A DNA stretch of 64,000 nt from Camelus ferus. Taxonomy: Eukaryota. Below are positions 39,732 to 54,059 of the stretch, piece by piece; position 1 is the first letter of the stretch; every line of letters begins with the position of its first letter. The stretch covers positions 118,732,001-118,796,000 of the forward strand of contig NC_045696.1 of the NCBI RefSeq assembly GCF_009834535.1. Reading direction: 5' to 3'. Under the pieces are notes generated by a model, which did not search any database, had not been told where the DNA came from, and saw only the letters and a list, made by a program, of their open reading frames with translations. The position numbers and the translations under genes were made by a program.

Positions 39732-42700
39732 AACTGTGATTTGACTGCGGCCTCTTTTATACGGTTACACCCCCTGCTCCTCGACCAGGCTTCGGATATC
39801 CCTGCTGCTCCTTCCCCCGTTTCTTCATCCAGCGGGAACCACCTGGGGGGCGAGGTTCAACTCTCCCCTCTCCCGCCAGCTCACCCTGAGATGGGGCTCG
39901 AGGCACCATTAGGTCCACCTGCTCCCGCCCACCTCCTCCTCCACCACCAGCAGCTCAGCCACACCAGACCTGGGCCGGGCCTTTTGGAGGAGGCCAGCCG
40001 CCCCACAGCCGGGGCACAGCACCTGGGAGAATTGTTGTGTCCCACCGGCTCCCTCCTCCCCATCACTTACCCTGGACGTCTGCCCGACCAAGTCTCCGGC
40101 CACCCAGCTCAGGGCACACCTTCCTGCCACCCCAACGCCCCACAGGGAGAGGCCCCCAGAACTCCAGTATCTGCCTGTGTCTGAGCATCACATGGGGACA
40201 AAGCCCACCCTACCTGGCCTCTCCGATCCTCCTGCCACTGTGAACAGTCCAGAAAGCCATGGTCCCTGGACCCCGGGATCTGGGAGTCTGACCCTTCACA
40301 GAAGCCCAAGCTTGTACAACGGAGCTCACAATAAGCGGCTGTTACCTCCGCCCGGGGTACTGCAAAGCCGCCGGACGCACTGCCTGAGCGAGCAAGGGGC
40401 TGAAATCTTGGCACTCCTTCACTGGGGATGCTGGAGTAAGTGAGGGAGGGACCGCATCCCAGGCTCAGCCTCTCCTGACACCCAGGGAAGGCCACCAGGA
40501 CTCCCGGGGCCACCTCCAGCAGGCCCCCGGAAAGTCTGCGTGTTTGTCCAGGCCCGTCCGCTCCCTCTGCCCCTCAGAGCGTCGTCTGGGGCCCGGGAGC
40601 AGCACCTCTTTTGTTCTTCCAGGCCTTCTGGAGGAAGGCAGCGCTCCAGGACCAGGCTGGGCTCTCCATCACTCACCAAAGCCAGTGCACAGCCTTCTGT
40701 GGGAGCAGACCTCCCACACCAGGCATATGTAATCAGGGAGAGGGCCAGCCCTGGGGCTGGACCCCGAAGGAAGCAGGGGCCTCCGGAGCAACGCCACGTG
40801 CCTGCTGTAGCCCCCAGCCCCTGCCCTCCCCACCTGCTCAGAGTCTCATGAGGACAAATCCCAAGACTTTTCAATAAGCATCTGTTATGCACAGTGAGAC
40901 ATAACTGCATCTTCAAAGGTTATCGAATCTCGATGCTATCAGGCAGAGACCTTCGGACTTAGATGTCCCCTGGTAAACAATACGAGGTTCAGAATGGCAA
41001 CCACAGTCCAAAACGGGAACCCTTACTGCAGCAGGGAGAGCGGCACCAAGTGCGGCGGGGACCCAGGGTCGGGGACCACGTCTACCCGGTGACGGCAGCC
41101 TGGAGCTCTCAAGAGCACCCGAGTGGCAGGTCCAGCTGCTCCCCGGGTGCTTCTCCTTGGTGTTCTCAGGGGCTCACCTCGACTCCAGTGTGCAGCAAGC
41201 TGGACCCCGCGGGGCCTCCGGCGACGCTCCCTCCTCAGCGAGGACTGGGTCTCCTCCGGCAGGAAGCCCAGGGCACCTCTGACCCGCCCATCCTCCCTTC
41301 TGCTCTTCTGGCCTATGTCACCTCCCACATCCAGCTCCAACCCACCCCTCCTCCTTCCTCTCCATCACAATTACTGAGTCTCTGGGTTCCTCCAACAGCC
41401 TCCTAGCCTGCCACTGTCACTCGGTCCTGCCCTCTGCCCCACCGTCCAGTGCAGCCAGAGGATTGGTCTTGACACCCACCTGCTTAAAACTCTTGGATGC
41501 TCCCCTTCCCTCTCCGGATGGAGGTAACGCTCCTGACGGCGGCCAGCAAGGCCCCGCGCTGTCCAGCTCGCTCTCACAAGCCCCCCTTCGCCCCTCCCCA
41601 GCCTCCCCCATCACCTGCCGCGCCTCTGCCTGTGCTGTGCTGCTTGCCCCGAATGCTCTTCCCTTCTCCTCCCCTCTTTGCTTACTTAGCTCCCAGTTAG
41701 TCTTTGGATCGTGAAACCACTGTCACTTCCTGGATCTCTGGAATTAAGTCCAGTTCTCTTATATGTCCTTCCGGTCCCACGGACCTCTCCCGTCCAACAT
41801 TTGTCATCATCGCAATTTTACATTTACTGTCTCACTGCGTGATGAACGTCTGTCCTCCCACCAGACCCTAGCCCCTTGAGAGCAAGATGGTGATTATTCA
41901 TACTCACCAGTGGCTCACACGGGGGCAGAAACTGGGAGACCCTAAGTTAAAAATGTACTGAACAATGAGCACGTACAACTCATGGGGGCCCAAGGTCACA
42001 CGGACAGGTGACAGCAGCAGAGTTAGCGGCTGGGCTGGCACCCTTCTCACTCCCGCGGGACTCCTCCTGACCACACTGCAGGGCTCTCAGTGTCTGCAGT
42101 GACGACACTCTTTAAGGCTCATTTTTTTCCTTTCCCTGTCTCCAACAGAATTTTAAAAATACTTAAGAGACACAGAGATTTCCGGTAATTTATGTCGTTA
42201 GAAGAATGCATTCACTAAATCTGGGTAAATTTAAGACAGTACAGCTTTTCGGATCTTTATTTCAAGCGCTGTCATTCACTGACTACGATGTCTGAACGCA
42301 GTGCTAAGCACCAGGAACATAAAGAGAGAAACACGCCCTTGGTCTGTATATAACGAGGCTTTCGAGCCCCAGGCCCCACTAAGTTCTTTGGAGGAATTTT
42401 ATGAGGACCTGCTGGAGACGCAGACTTAAATAAGACTGCTCTCGACTTTCGAAGAATTCACAGTCAAAAGGGCAAGTCAGTGATGAGTAAACAAGTAAGC
42501 TGAACGTGGCGTCAGACATGCTGCGCTCAGGTCCGGACAGGTTTCTGGCACAGGCTTTGAGCACACCGTTGCATTATTTGATTTCATCATCTATTCATGA
42601 ACGAATAACACACAATTTACTCTTCTCTCAAGATAAGCTATTTTTTTGCACCTTCATGATTAGGATGGCCTGTTACTTTTCTCAAGCTCTGATAAGAAAT

Positions 42701-44387
42701 ATTGCCTCAAGCACTTAAATGTGTGTGAACACACGTATATGTACATGTGTGGTTAAACACACACACACATTTACTTTTTACTACCAGATCCAATCATCTT
42801 CAGGAATCAAGAAGAGGGAGATTTAATACTTAGAGGCAGTGTTTTTCAAATCTCTTATTCCAGTAAGAATAAATTTACTCTCTAAGAATTTATTTATTAT
42901 CAATTTATTCTAAAAGAATAAACTTACTCTAAATTTCTTCAGCTTTAGAAAGGTCCTCATAGTTCCTTTTCCCATCAGTTGTTCTTGGTTTCATTTTTTG
43001 AAGCCGTTTTCGTTGCTTTTGCTCGCTCACACTTGCATTTCACTGCACAAAACTTCATGGTATCACATTCTATCAGCATGGGCAGCGCCACAGGGCAGGG
43101 TGAGGATTATTGAAAGTCTCAGTGAGAAAATCCATTCCTTTCATTCCCTTCACTAATTATTTATACTTAGCTTATTGAAAACAATTCTCTCTGAATTGTT
43201 CATACTGAGGAAATATAACATAAGAGCCAAACACAGAAGTTTCTTGGGGCAGTGGGGAAATTCTAGACAGGGCTACTCTGGATTGTAATGAGGACCCCAG
43301 AACCTGACACTGGGGCCCAAGGCACACAGGCCACTGAGGCCCGCCCTCCCTCGAGGTGGGAGAGACCATGTTCTGACCAGGTCTCATCTCGAGTACATCT
43401 GCAGGCCTGGGTCTTCATCTCAAGAGTAAATCCACTGAGCATAACCGTTCAGGATAAATCTCTTTTAAAATCATCTCTCCTCTAATATCCCTTCTCTTCC
43501 ATTCTTTTAACAACTTTCTATTCCTAATACATCAAATGTCACAAAAGGGAAATGTCTGCCTGGTCAGCACCACTCCACTCTTATCTGGCCCGGGCCTGCC
43601 CAGGACGCACAGGACCTGCTCACCCTGCTCATCCTCCCAAGTTCCTCCTGCAGGAGCGGGCCCTGGGCTCCCGGGAGCACTGCAGCCTCAGAGGGCTGGA
43701 CTCCTGCCCAGCGGCCCGTCACTCACCTCACGGTGGTCCCCTGGGCATCTCTGCGGGCAGTCTCAGGCCTCTTCCCTGTATCATCTCTCCCACTCCCAGG
43801 AGGAGACGACTGTCCCCTGCAGGTTAGGATGGGTGCTCCCCACAGGGGCCTTCCACAGACTCCTCCACCTCCCTAAGGCACTCTGCTCCTCTTAGCAACG
43901 GCCTGGAAGTCTACTTCACCAGAGAGGACACGCGTCCTCCGCTTCCAATGCCCCTTCGATTCCAGTCTGGTTGGAAAAGCCACCCTTCTCTGCTCCACCC
44001 CTACCCGCCATGCTCTGGACCTTGCTCCCTTCATGGGCCTTCAAAGGGACACCACTGCCCTGGTGATCCTGCAACCAGACCTGCAGACTTTCCCCCTACT
44101 TTCCCTCAGCATTCAACTTCCTCAAATCCTTTCCACATTAAAACAAAACAACACAGGACAAAAAACATCTCTTCCACCCCATTTCCCCCCAGCAGTGGGT
44201 CCTCTGTCTCCTCCAGCAGACCGTGCTCTCTGAGGACGTCTTGTTCTTTGTCAAAGCTCACTGCTGAGTGGGGACTGGCACTTAGTGGGAGCTCACTAAG
44301 GATGTGCTGCATGAACAGATGAGTGAATGGGACATATGGAGATGTGCAGCAGAAGGGCTCTGGACTTCATAAAAGAACACTAGCCTC

Positions 44388-45027
44388 AGAGTTACCCTGT
44401 GATCCAGCAATCCCACTCCTGGGCATATATCCAGAGAAAACTCTAATTCAGAAAGATTCATGCACCCCAGTGTTCATAGCAGCACTATTTACAATAGCCA
44501 AGAAATGGAAGCAACCTAAATGTCCATCAACAGATGACTAGATAGAGAAGTTGTGGTATAGTTATACAATGGAATATTATTCAGCCATAAAAAAGAATGA
44601 AATAATGCCATTTGTAGTAACATGGATGGACCTAGAGATTACCATACTAAGTGAAGTAAGTCAGGGAAAGCCAAATATTATATGATATCACTTATATGTG
44701 GAATCTAAAAAGAAATGACAAAAATGCACTTATACACAGAACAGAAACAGACTCACAGATGTAGAAAACAAACTTATCATTACCAGGGGAAAAAAAGGGG
44801 TGGGGATAAATTAAAAGTTTGGGATTTGCAGATACAAACTACCATATATAAAATAAACAACAAAGTTCTACTATATAGCACAGGGAACTATATTTAATAT
44901 CTTATAAATAACCTATAGCGAAAAAGAAAATGAAAAAGAACACATATGTATAACTAAATCACTATGCTGTATACTAGAAAGTAACACAACATTGTAAATC
45001 AACTGTCCTTTGGATTTAAAACAAAAA
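44388..45027 (+). mobile_element. Lineage L1 3' end with TSD
   Basis: ELPCDPAIPLLGIYPEKTLIQKDSCTPVFIAALFTIAK; TSD aaaagaacactagcctc (44371) / aaaaggaacaccagcctc (45024). Confidence 0.92.
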
Positions 45028-48000
45028 GGAACACCAGCCTCTAATCCCAGCCTCGCCATCTGCCTGTGGTGTAAGCTGGCCCTGAATTTCTGTTGGCTTC
45101 GACTGTGAAAGGAGGAAGTTCGGCCAGGACTACCTCTAAGGCCTCTCTGGCATCCTTCTGTGACTCTAGTTCCTTACAGTATGAGATGGTTTTACGTCTT
45201 ACATGTTAGAAGGCTCTCCTAAGAAAAGTGGCAGACCGTCCGCTGATACCAGAGGACATACACCTGAAAAGTAAATATTTCGTCTAGAAAACAGTTTGTG
45301 TTTTAATTCCAAGAACATTAGGCCCTGGCATATGTTGCCAACAGGAATTTTTGCTATTTCATTGAATATAGATGTTTGGATTGTCTGAAATCTTACTTAA
45401 GTATTCAAACTCTGATGCCCAGCAATGAATCAATAAGTAGTTACTGAAACTGTGTAACACTGGTCACCAGAGGGGACAGAGAAGGGGATGAGATACAGTC
45501 CTACCCTCAAGAAACTTCAAGTACAGTTAGGAAAATCAGACAAAAATGTATTAAGAAATGGTAGAAAATGGAAAATGTTCAGACAAGGCTTCCGAGGGAA
45601 GGGAAGGTTTACCCCCAGGGGATTGCTTATTTATCCACACAGGTGGAAAAGGAACAATATTTGAGTCAAGCACGGGATACTGACTTTGGACCTAGATTCG
45701 GAGAGATGCTGGCAGTCCCTGAGAGCCAGGGAGGACGCGGAGTGGAGTGCTACAGGCAGTCCTGAGACTGAGGCTTGAACAAGAGAGCGTGGCCTGTCCA
45801 ATGCCAAGTGGGAGGAAGGAAGGATGTGGGAGGGAGAGGGGGAGGCAAACTCCGGGGCCAGGAGCTAAGACAGTGTCAACCTGAGTAAGGAACCGAGGAG
45901 GACCAGCGGTGTTTGAAGCATCATCCGATGGCCATGACCCTGAAGACGGGAGGTCACTGTCAGGAGGCCGGGTGAGGTGGGGTGGACCGGGGCCCTGGCT
46001 TGGTCCTGGGGAGCTGACGTGAACCAGCGCCCGACTCGGGGAAGGATGATGGGGTGTGCTGCTTTAAGAGGCGTCTAGACTTTCAGCCAAATCACTAGTA
46101 AACGTGGCGTCATTTAGAGAGAGAAGAATAATGGTGATGCTCTGTTGAAACAAAGGATGTTTATGAATGAACCGGTTTTTTGGAGAAGATGAGACTTTCT
46201 TTTCACCCAAAGAATCACAGGTTCTTACGTCAGGAAGGACATTAAGCAGAACATGTAACTGGGAAGTTATGAACACAGGCAGGGTACAGTACTGAGAGCC
46301 TGGTGAGTGATCTCCCATCAGGGGTAGGACTGTGTCTTTTTGAGAAGTGACATCTGCTGCCATGGGAGCTCTGCAAGGGGAACTAGGATGGAGGAGACCA
46401 GGGACCTGAGGACAGAGCCGTGATGAATGCCCACAGCCAGACAGACAAGGGAGCAGGGAGCCAGGACGGCCCAGCTGGAAAGGCAGGAGACGGATTACAG
46501 GGGGTGATGTGAGGACAACCAGGAGGGAAAAGTTCTCCCTTAGGGCACAGTCAGCAACATGAGTGTAGTGCAAAGGCCAGAGCGAGAAATGCTCACCAGG
46601 AGACCTTTGGATTTTGCAACAGAAAGATCCAGCACCAAAGAAAGAAACTGGTTGCTCAGCAGGTTGTGCAAACGAAAATCAGCTTGGAGAGGCTGGGAGA
46701 GACTGGGGCTGAGCCCCTGGTTCAAGGTGCCTCACAGTGAAAAGGAACAAAAGGGAAGAGGCACGAATATTACAATAGAGGCGAGGTGTAGGGCTGAATC
46801 CAGGCGGATGGGAGGAAGATCCTAGAGAGAGTGAGGGGGAGCGTGGCACAGGAGCCACAGGAGGAGAGCGACGCTGTCAGGGACAGGTCAGGGGTCAGCA
46901 CGGAGTGGAGCTGGGGGATCCCTTCTCTGTCTGCGGCTGGAGGGCCAGAAGGATGTACACAAAGCCAAAGATGGTCAAAGGTGCTAAAGGTGCTCAATGT
47001 AGGAGTCAGACTTTGGCTGTGGAAAACAGAACGCAAAGCTACCTAAGGCCAAGAAAAGGGGAAGGGAGTCAGGAGAAAAGATCTAAGGTGGTCGGAGCAT
47101 CTCTCCGTGGGGGGCAAGGCTACTGGGAACCAGAAGCCTCCCCTGGCAGTTTCCAAAAGCTCGCTGTCACCATCGCTCCAGACACAGGCATGCATTCTGA
47201 ACCGTCTGTTAGATACTCACTGAAAACAAACGACCAGCTTAGTCAGAGTGGAAAGGCATGCAAGCAACAGAGAAAGACAAAAGCTGTGCGTGAGCTTCAA
47301 AGTGATTAAAAGTGGAACTCTTGCAAAATTACCCACAGTGACTTCCCTTTTCACACACACAAGAGTTTGACCTCATTATTTTAGGCCAGTAACTTTATTT
47401 TTCTGTCATTAGCATCAGGAATCTAGCTCAATCATTCCAAGTGTCACTGATTTCAAGTATCTGCCAGTGATCCTAAGGGAAATAATGGCGTAACCGACCC
47501 ACTAAATTTCAGGGGACACACTGCAGATGAAATTATGTCTGCTCCTTCCACATGCACTTATAATTTGCTTTATTACAGTTTTACTTTTCACACTGCACCC
47601 ACATTTACTGTACACAAAGCACGTTTTCAGCTTCCAGAAATAAAATGTCGAAGCATGCAAACACGGAGTATGTAAGCTGCACTGATGTGACATTTCTACA
47701 AACATTGTTTTAAAATCTGGCTTCATAATTACCTATAATTAATGGTTTATTGCTCCTCCTTTTCAAGCCTGGCTTTTAGTTAAAGTTCTATGGCAGCTAG
47801 GCATTTAAGGAAGGGATGGCTAATGGAACTTCTCGAGAAACATAAACGCCGCTGAATGAAAATTATAGTTTAATATTGTACGAATTAATAGGTATTTTAC
47901 AGTTCATCAGGTACATTAAATGAAAACGAGAAATCAACTCAAAATTTAAATATCTGCACTGATCCTTTTAACTTTCCCTGATACTTGTGACCCATCATAA

Positions 48001-48599
48001 GTGACAAACTCTTCTAAGACTTACTTCCGTGTCTTCTACGAAAGATACAATGGTGCAAACACTGTTAAGCTTTATTATGTTTCACAGGAACTCCTATGGA
48101 GTTTTTGAAAGTCTGCACTAACATGAATAATTTTACCCACACAATTCCCTTCTCAGGTTAAGTATCCACCTTTGGGATTACCTGACCTGCAGAGGATAAG
48201 CACCCATGAAATTAGCACTAGTTCACTGAAGTAAGAAAGTAGTAAATCCTTACATTCAGGGGCAAACCAGAGCCAGATTCATTGTGGTCATCATTCCCCA
48301 ATACGCTATCATGATGTTGTACACCTGAAACTAATATAATGTTATATGTTAATTATATCTCAATTTTTTAATTAAAAAAGAATTTACTAAATAATAATTA
48401 TTTGACTTGGAGCAAATTAAGCAGCATGTTACTATCCATTAAAAATAATTATAGGCATGCTGTAGGCCTGTGACAAAGAGTACCTGAGGGCGAGTTCCTC
48501 CCGAGCTATTACTCCATTTTACATGCTTATTACACCGCTGGGCACATGACCCCACAGAGAAAGGAAATACAGAAGTGGTATCTGATTAGGGTGACAGCA

Positions 48600-49700
48600 C
48601 TTTTTACCTTTTGAAATTTACTTTTAATCAAAATTTGCTTAACTTAATTCATGTTTGTTGTAAACATCCAAAATTATAGTAATACACGAAGTAAGGTCAC
48701 CTAGGGTCTGTCTGCCCTTTGCTCACAGGTAAGTACTGTTAACTACTGCACGCATATTTCTCCAAAAAAATTTCAATGCACGTACATACGTGTATAAATG
48801 TGTATACAGACAACCCAGTCTTCAAAAAAATGGGATCCTACTATATACAGTCATTTGGAACTTATTCTATTCAGTTTCAAGTGTATCTTGGACATTTTTC
48901 CATGCCATTATCCATAAAGCTCCCCTTTCTTTTTAAGGCTTGTATAATAGTCCCTTGTTTGGCTATAACACAATTTATTTCACTAGTTCCATACTGGTGG
49001 ATATTAGAGTTTATGTCTTCCAGTTTTTTTCACTATTATAAACAGTGCTTGGTGAAATCCTTCAGTACTTTTATAAAAAATGCTGCAGAATTAATTCATA
49101 GCAGAAAACATTCTAGGTCAAAGAATACATTCAAAATTTTCACACACATTGCTAAATTGCCCGTCACAAGTTGCCCACCACTGCTACCAACAGCAGACAG
49201 GAACACCTATTCCCCCATCACTCCCTCCATCACAAAATGTAATGGTCTTTTTACTTTGTCCATTTGACACTATTTTAATTTAAACTTCATTCAGTATATT
49301 TTAGATTAAATCTGCCATACTCATTTAAAGCATTTAAATCATCATTGTAAAATTTTTGAAAACATAGTTAAATGTGAAGAATAAAATGCAATGATCTATA
49401 TCATCATTCAAGAGATAACTGTTTTTTATTCTATGCATATATTTAATGCACACATATTTTCTTAAAATGCAATCACAATATACTATTTTATATGTTGATT
49501 TATTAAACTGATAACAGGAATAATTCCCTCCCCTCCATAATCTTAGTCTTTTAAGAACATGATTTTCAAAGCCCACAAAACATGTCTTCATGTAACTGTT
49601 ACCATTGGACATTTACGTCTGTTTTTTCATTATTATAAATTATGCAGAAAATTTTATTTGACTACTTGTCTGAGTATCCTGCGAGGTTAGAGAGAGTCCT
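48600..49700 (-). mobile_element. Very old L1 (L1ME-like) remnants
   Basis: gtatcttggacatttttccatg...tttccagttttttcactattataaaca-like and aaattgccc tracts typical of old antisense L1 3' regions; heavily decayed. Confidence 0.5.
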
Positions 49701-50761
49701 AAGAGTGGTCAGAACAGGTTCTTTGCTTTAAAATAATGAATGGTCCCTGTGCAATGCCAAGCCCTTAGGTTTCTATCATCATTAGATACCATCCCATCCA
49801 CGTAGGTGACTCTTCACTTCCTTAGGATAAGACACTATTCTGTATTTATAAACATATCCTCTCTTTTTTTTGCAAAATTGTTCATGACCTTAAATATCAG
49901 TATATTTGATTGACAAAGCATTAATCATGGAAAAACTTATACCACATCTTCCTCAGACATCATCAAATCAAGGAGAGGAAACTAGGAGTGAGAGCATCTG
50001 AATAAACATTTACAAGCACGAATCTTTATTATCTTCATAAAAGTGACCTTGTGCTAGGCCACAAAGGAGCTCTCAGAAACATCCTCAAAGCAGAACACAT
50101 CCAAGCCAAATCATCTGACAAATCTGCACAGCCAAAAGAACCCATACGTGTAGAAATTCTAAAACACATTTCCAAAGAACATTTAGGTTCAAGAAAAAAA
50201 GCGAAATGGAAATCACCGACTGTTTAAAACTGAACCATGACAGAGCACCGAAGGCTGAAACCTTTGTGCTGCTGGAAAAGCGGCCCTCAGGAAAATTTAC
50301 AGCCTTAGCTGCCTGTTGAGAAGGTAAGAACAATAAAAAATAAGTAGCCTAAAATTTCCATTCAAAAAACTAGAAAAAGAAACAAAATACACATACAGAA
50401 AAGAGCAGTTAATAAAGACATAAAAAGAGCTGGATGAATGAGAAACCAAGATTCAAAGAAAATAGTAGAGTTGATCAAGAAAACCAAAATCTGGTCATTT
50501 TCAAGGACAAATAAAACAGACAAATCGAATTTTAAAAAGAAAAAGAACAGAACTATTCTTTTTAAATGAAGATAACATATAATCAACTATGAATTGGCTA
50601 GAAATAAATAAACAAAATAGCCAATTTTCCAGGAACATAGAATTATTAAAGTTAGCTCAAGAAGAAAAAACTCACTGAGATGGATATCCAAAAAAAAAAA
50701 AAAAAAAAAAAACCAAAAAAGAAACGGAAAAGGAACTCAAAGATCTAGCCTTTTATTTTAT

Positions 50762-51041
50762 CTTTTAATTAAAAAATATTTTATTGCTAAAAAACACTAA
50801 CCATCGTCTGAGTCTTCAGTGAGTCATAGCAGTCACATCGGACCCCAGACCACCATCACAAATACAGTAATAATTTTAAAAGTTTAAAATCTGTGAAAAG
50901 TACCAAAATGTGACGCAGAGACATGAAGTAAACAAACGCTGGAAAAATGGTGCAGACAAACCTGCTCAAAAGGGCTGCCACAAGCCTCCAATGTGTCAAA
51001 AACCAAACAAAGCAACGCACAGCAGAACAAGGTGTGCCTGC
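50762..51041. mobile_element. Internally deleted Tigger1-derived (TcMar-Tigger) element
   Basis: ttttattgctaaaaaacactaaccatcgtctgagtcttcagtgagtc is joined directly to ...accaaaatgtgacgcagagacatgaag...gctggaaaaatggtgc...aacaaggtgtgcctg (TIR-like end). Confidence 0.7.
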
Positions 51042-51310
51042 GTGGAAAAGACGACCCTCAGAGAAGCACCCCGGTGAGGTTACAGAGCTGAAAGCGGTGG
51101 AGTGGGAATGTGAAGCCAGGTGAGACAAGAGTTTTGAGATGCTCATCGCTGAAAGGTCTAGCCTTCTAAAAGGCACCAGGCTCAGGCCATTTTAGGTGAA
51201 TTACACCAAACTTTCAAAGACTAGGTAAATACCATGTTATATAAACTATTCAGGAACTTAGGGGAGAAAAGAGAAAGCCACTCAGCTTACTTCAGGAGTG
51301 TAGCAGACGC

Positions 51311-51412
51311 TTTCTCTCAAACTCAGGACGATCGACACTTTGGACAGAATCATTAACTGAAGGGGGGGGGGAGGGGTCGCCCTGGGCATTGTGTGGTTTA
51401 GCACAGCCCTGA
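51311..51412. mobile_element. MER20-like fragment
   Basis: ctcaaactcaggacgatcgacactttggacagaatcatt...gggg...cctgggcattgtgtggtttagcac. Confidence 0.55.
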
Positions 51413-52661
51413 CTGATACTCAAGCCATGCAATAACAAATCAGAGAAGAAAACCGCAGATCACTCACGCAAAGATTCACAATGCCTAAATAAAATACTGG
51501 CTAATCGATCTGTCAGGGACAGGCAGGATTTATTCTAGAAATATAATGGTGGCTTTATAATTATCTATGAAGATAATTACTGTCTTAACAAAATAAAAGA
51601 AAAATCGTATGATTGTGTTAATTTTTGCAGAGGAAAGATCTGATAAAATCCAAAACACACTCATGGTAAGATTCTTAACATAAACCAGAAATAGAAGAAA
51701 CTTTCCTTACCCTTAACCTGAAAAAAGGGATCTGTGAAAACCAATGGGAAACTTTTTTTTTAATGATGAAATGCTGGAAGCATCCCAATTAAAGAATAAG
51801 ACTTGTACTCAAGAAAAAGAAATATGTAAGATACACACATTAGAAAGAAAGACACAGATAACCATTATTTGCAGATTTTTAAACTGTCCACATGAAGAGC
51901 CAAGAGAAGCAACTGGCAAACGACAAGATCTTTAAAGATGTCAGCAAGGAGGCCAAGATCAAGACCAGAAATTATTAGCTTCTGTATACATTAGCAATGA
52001 TCAATTAGAAAACCTTAGAAATAAATCCATTTGAAATAACTTGAAAATGCCTGATATGCAAGACTGTTGTGAAAAAATATCCAAAACCTTACTAAAGGAC
52101 ATAAAGTAATGAAACAGACATAGCTGGTCCCTGGATGAGAAGTCTCAATGTTACAAAGATTTCATTTTTCCCCAAAATTATTTATATAATGTAATCCTTA
52201 ACAAAATACCAAATGGAATTTGCAAGGAATTTGACATGCTGATACAAAAAAATTAAAACAAATGAATAAACAACAGAAGACAGTTGAGGAAATCTTAAAC
52301 AGAAAGAACCAAGGTCTTGCCCTACGAGATATCAAAAAAAAAAAAAAACAACCCAAAACATTGTGAAGACATAGTAATTAGAACAGCATGACACTGGTGC
52401 GGGAACAGATCACCAGATTCACAGAAGACAGACTCCAGACACAAGCCAGTGAAGACAAGGGACTTCAAAACATACTAAAAGTGGCATTCCAAATCACAGG
52501 ATGAGGATTAACCACTCAACAAACTGTTGACATGGCTGCTTGTCCATCTGCAAAAAGCATAAAATAAAAAAGATAGTAAAAATCTCGTCTTCAGACAAGT
52601 GACACACACACACAAAGTCCAGAGTAACTGAAGACCTAACCTAGCCTAATATAGCAGATGA

Positions 52662-52748
52662 GCAGGACCAACTACATAATTTGCGGGGCCCAGTACAAAA
52701 CAAGAATGCAGCACTTTCAAGATGACGACAGCTGAGAATTAAAGTGCT
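52662..52748. mobile_element. MER45A-like fragment
   Basis: caggacccaactacataatttgcggggcccagtacaaaa...tttcaagatgacgacagc. Confidence 0.65.
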
Positions 52749-52764
52749 TTGCCCCCCGGACGTT

Positions 52765-53030
52765 TCATGTAACTGGAATCAGAAGTATGTGGCCTCTGTG
52801 ACTGGCTTCTTGCACTTAACATGCAGTGCTTCCAAGGTCCATCCATGTGTCGCACGTATCGTTATTTCATTTTTTTTTTATTGTCAAGCAATATTCCATG
52901 GTATGAATGCACCACCTTTTATTTAATCATTCATCAATTAATGGATATCTGGGATGTTTCCACTTTGGGGGTATTACAAATAATGCTGCAATGAACATCG
53001 GTGTATAAGTCAAAATATTTTCTTAGGTAC
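52765..53030 (-). mobile_element. Old L1 3' fragment (antisense)
   Basis: ctggcttcttgcacttaacatg...ccaaggtccatccatgtg...atattccatggtatgaat...gatgtttccactttggg. Confidence 0.75.
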
Positions 53031-53033
53031 ACG

Positions 53034-53240
53034 TTACTATATGTAAAATAGATAAACAACAAGGTCCTACTGTAGAGCACAGGGAACTGTATTCAGTACC
53101 TTGTAATAACCTGTAATGAAAAAGAATATGGTAAGATTCTTATATATATGTATAAGAATATACATTTAACTGAACCACCGTGCTGTATACCAGAGACTGA
53201 CACAACATTGTAAACTGACTACACTTCAATTTTCAAAAAT
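53034..53240 (+). mobile_element. Short lineage L1 3' end
   Basis: tactatatgtaaaatagataaacaacaaggtcctactgtagagcacaggg...gactacacttcaatttt. Confidence 0.88.
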
Positions 53241-54059
53241 GTGCTTTCTTTAAAAAGCTGAACAATTCTATGTTAATGTGTCCCGGATGATTCAGAAAGT
53301 TAAGACAATTAAAATACATGTTTTCCTTTATTCATCCTAACAAGAAATCCTTCATGAATCAACTGAACCATCTGATAAAAATAATGAACAGGAAACAATT
53401 ACTGGCATCATACTAATCATAACTAACTTCCAAATTAACCTTCCCTTAAATGCTACATTTTAAGAAATGCGTTTTTACAGCTGGAGAAATACCGTGGCCA
53501 GCAACGGATTTATTGATCAGAATTTTCTGAAGGCAAAGGAAGGAAAGGGCTCTCTGGAAAGTGGCGGGGGTGGGGAGAGGGTTTAAATCTTTCCAATCAC
53601 CGGACTAATCGAACATTTTTGGTCACAAAGATACTTTACACTCTGACTTGGAGTGAACTTTTATAATGATTTTGAATAATAAAATAATTGTAGACAAAAC
53701 TATCAAAAAGCAGAGGATATTCTGTTTTTAAAGTACTTCCTCCTCATAGGTGTAATGAACTGCCCTTCAAAAGCACAAAGGTACAGGCAGGTGAGGCGGC
53801 ACTGTCTAAGGGCCTGCGGGTGGCCCCTGCGCTCTGACGGCCTCAGTGTAAACTGTCCCTCCTTCAGCCCCGTGTACTGGGTGTGGTTCTGGGGACAAAG
53901 GCCCACCCTTCTCTTAGGGAACCCACACTGTAAGGGTGGGATCCCCTGAAAGCATATCTTGATTTACTGCTCTCTTAGCAATTTGGTTTGAGCTCCCAAA
54001 GAAAACAGCGATGGCTTGTAAGAACAAATCTTTCACCTTCTGTTCACTCAGCTCACTCT

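Larger units (their letters stand above)
50040..52640 (+). mobile_element. Ancient L1 ORF2 remnant, interrupted by DNA transposons
   Basis: A-rich degenerate ORF2 tracts: ctaggccacaaagga, ggaaaatttacagcctta, caaactttcaaaga, aaatcgtatgattgtg...tgataaaatccaa, actaaaggacataaa, gacatagtaattagaacagcatgacactggtgc. Confidence 0.7.

Noticed and set aside
39741..41714. Dense cluster of 100-165 aa ORFs in GC-rich DNA (similar clusters at 17.4-18.2, 25.7-27.6 and 59-61 kb)
   Set aside because: They are Pro/Gly/Ser/Arg-rich translations overlapping in several frames with no domain resemblance, as expected from GC-rich non-coding sequence.
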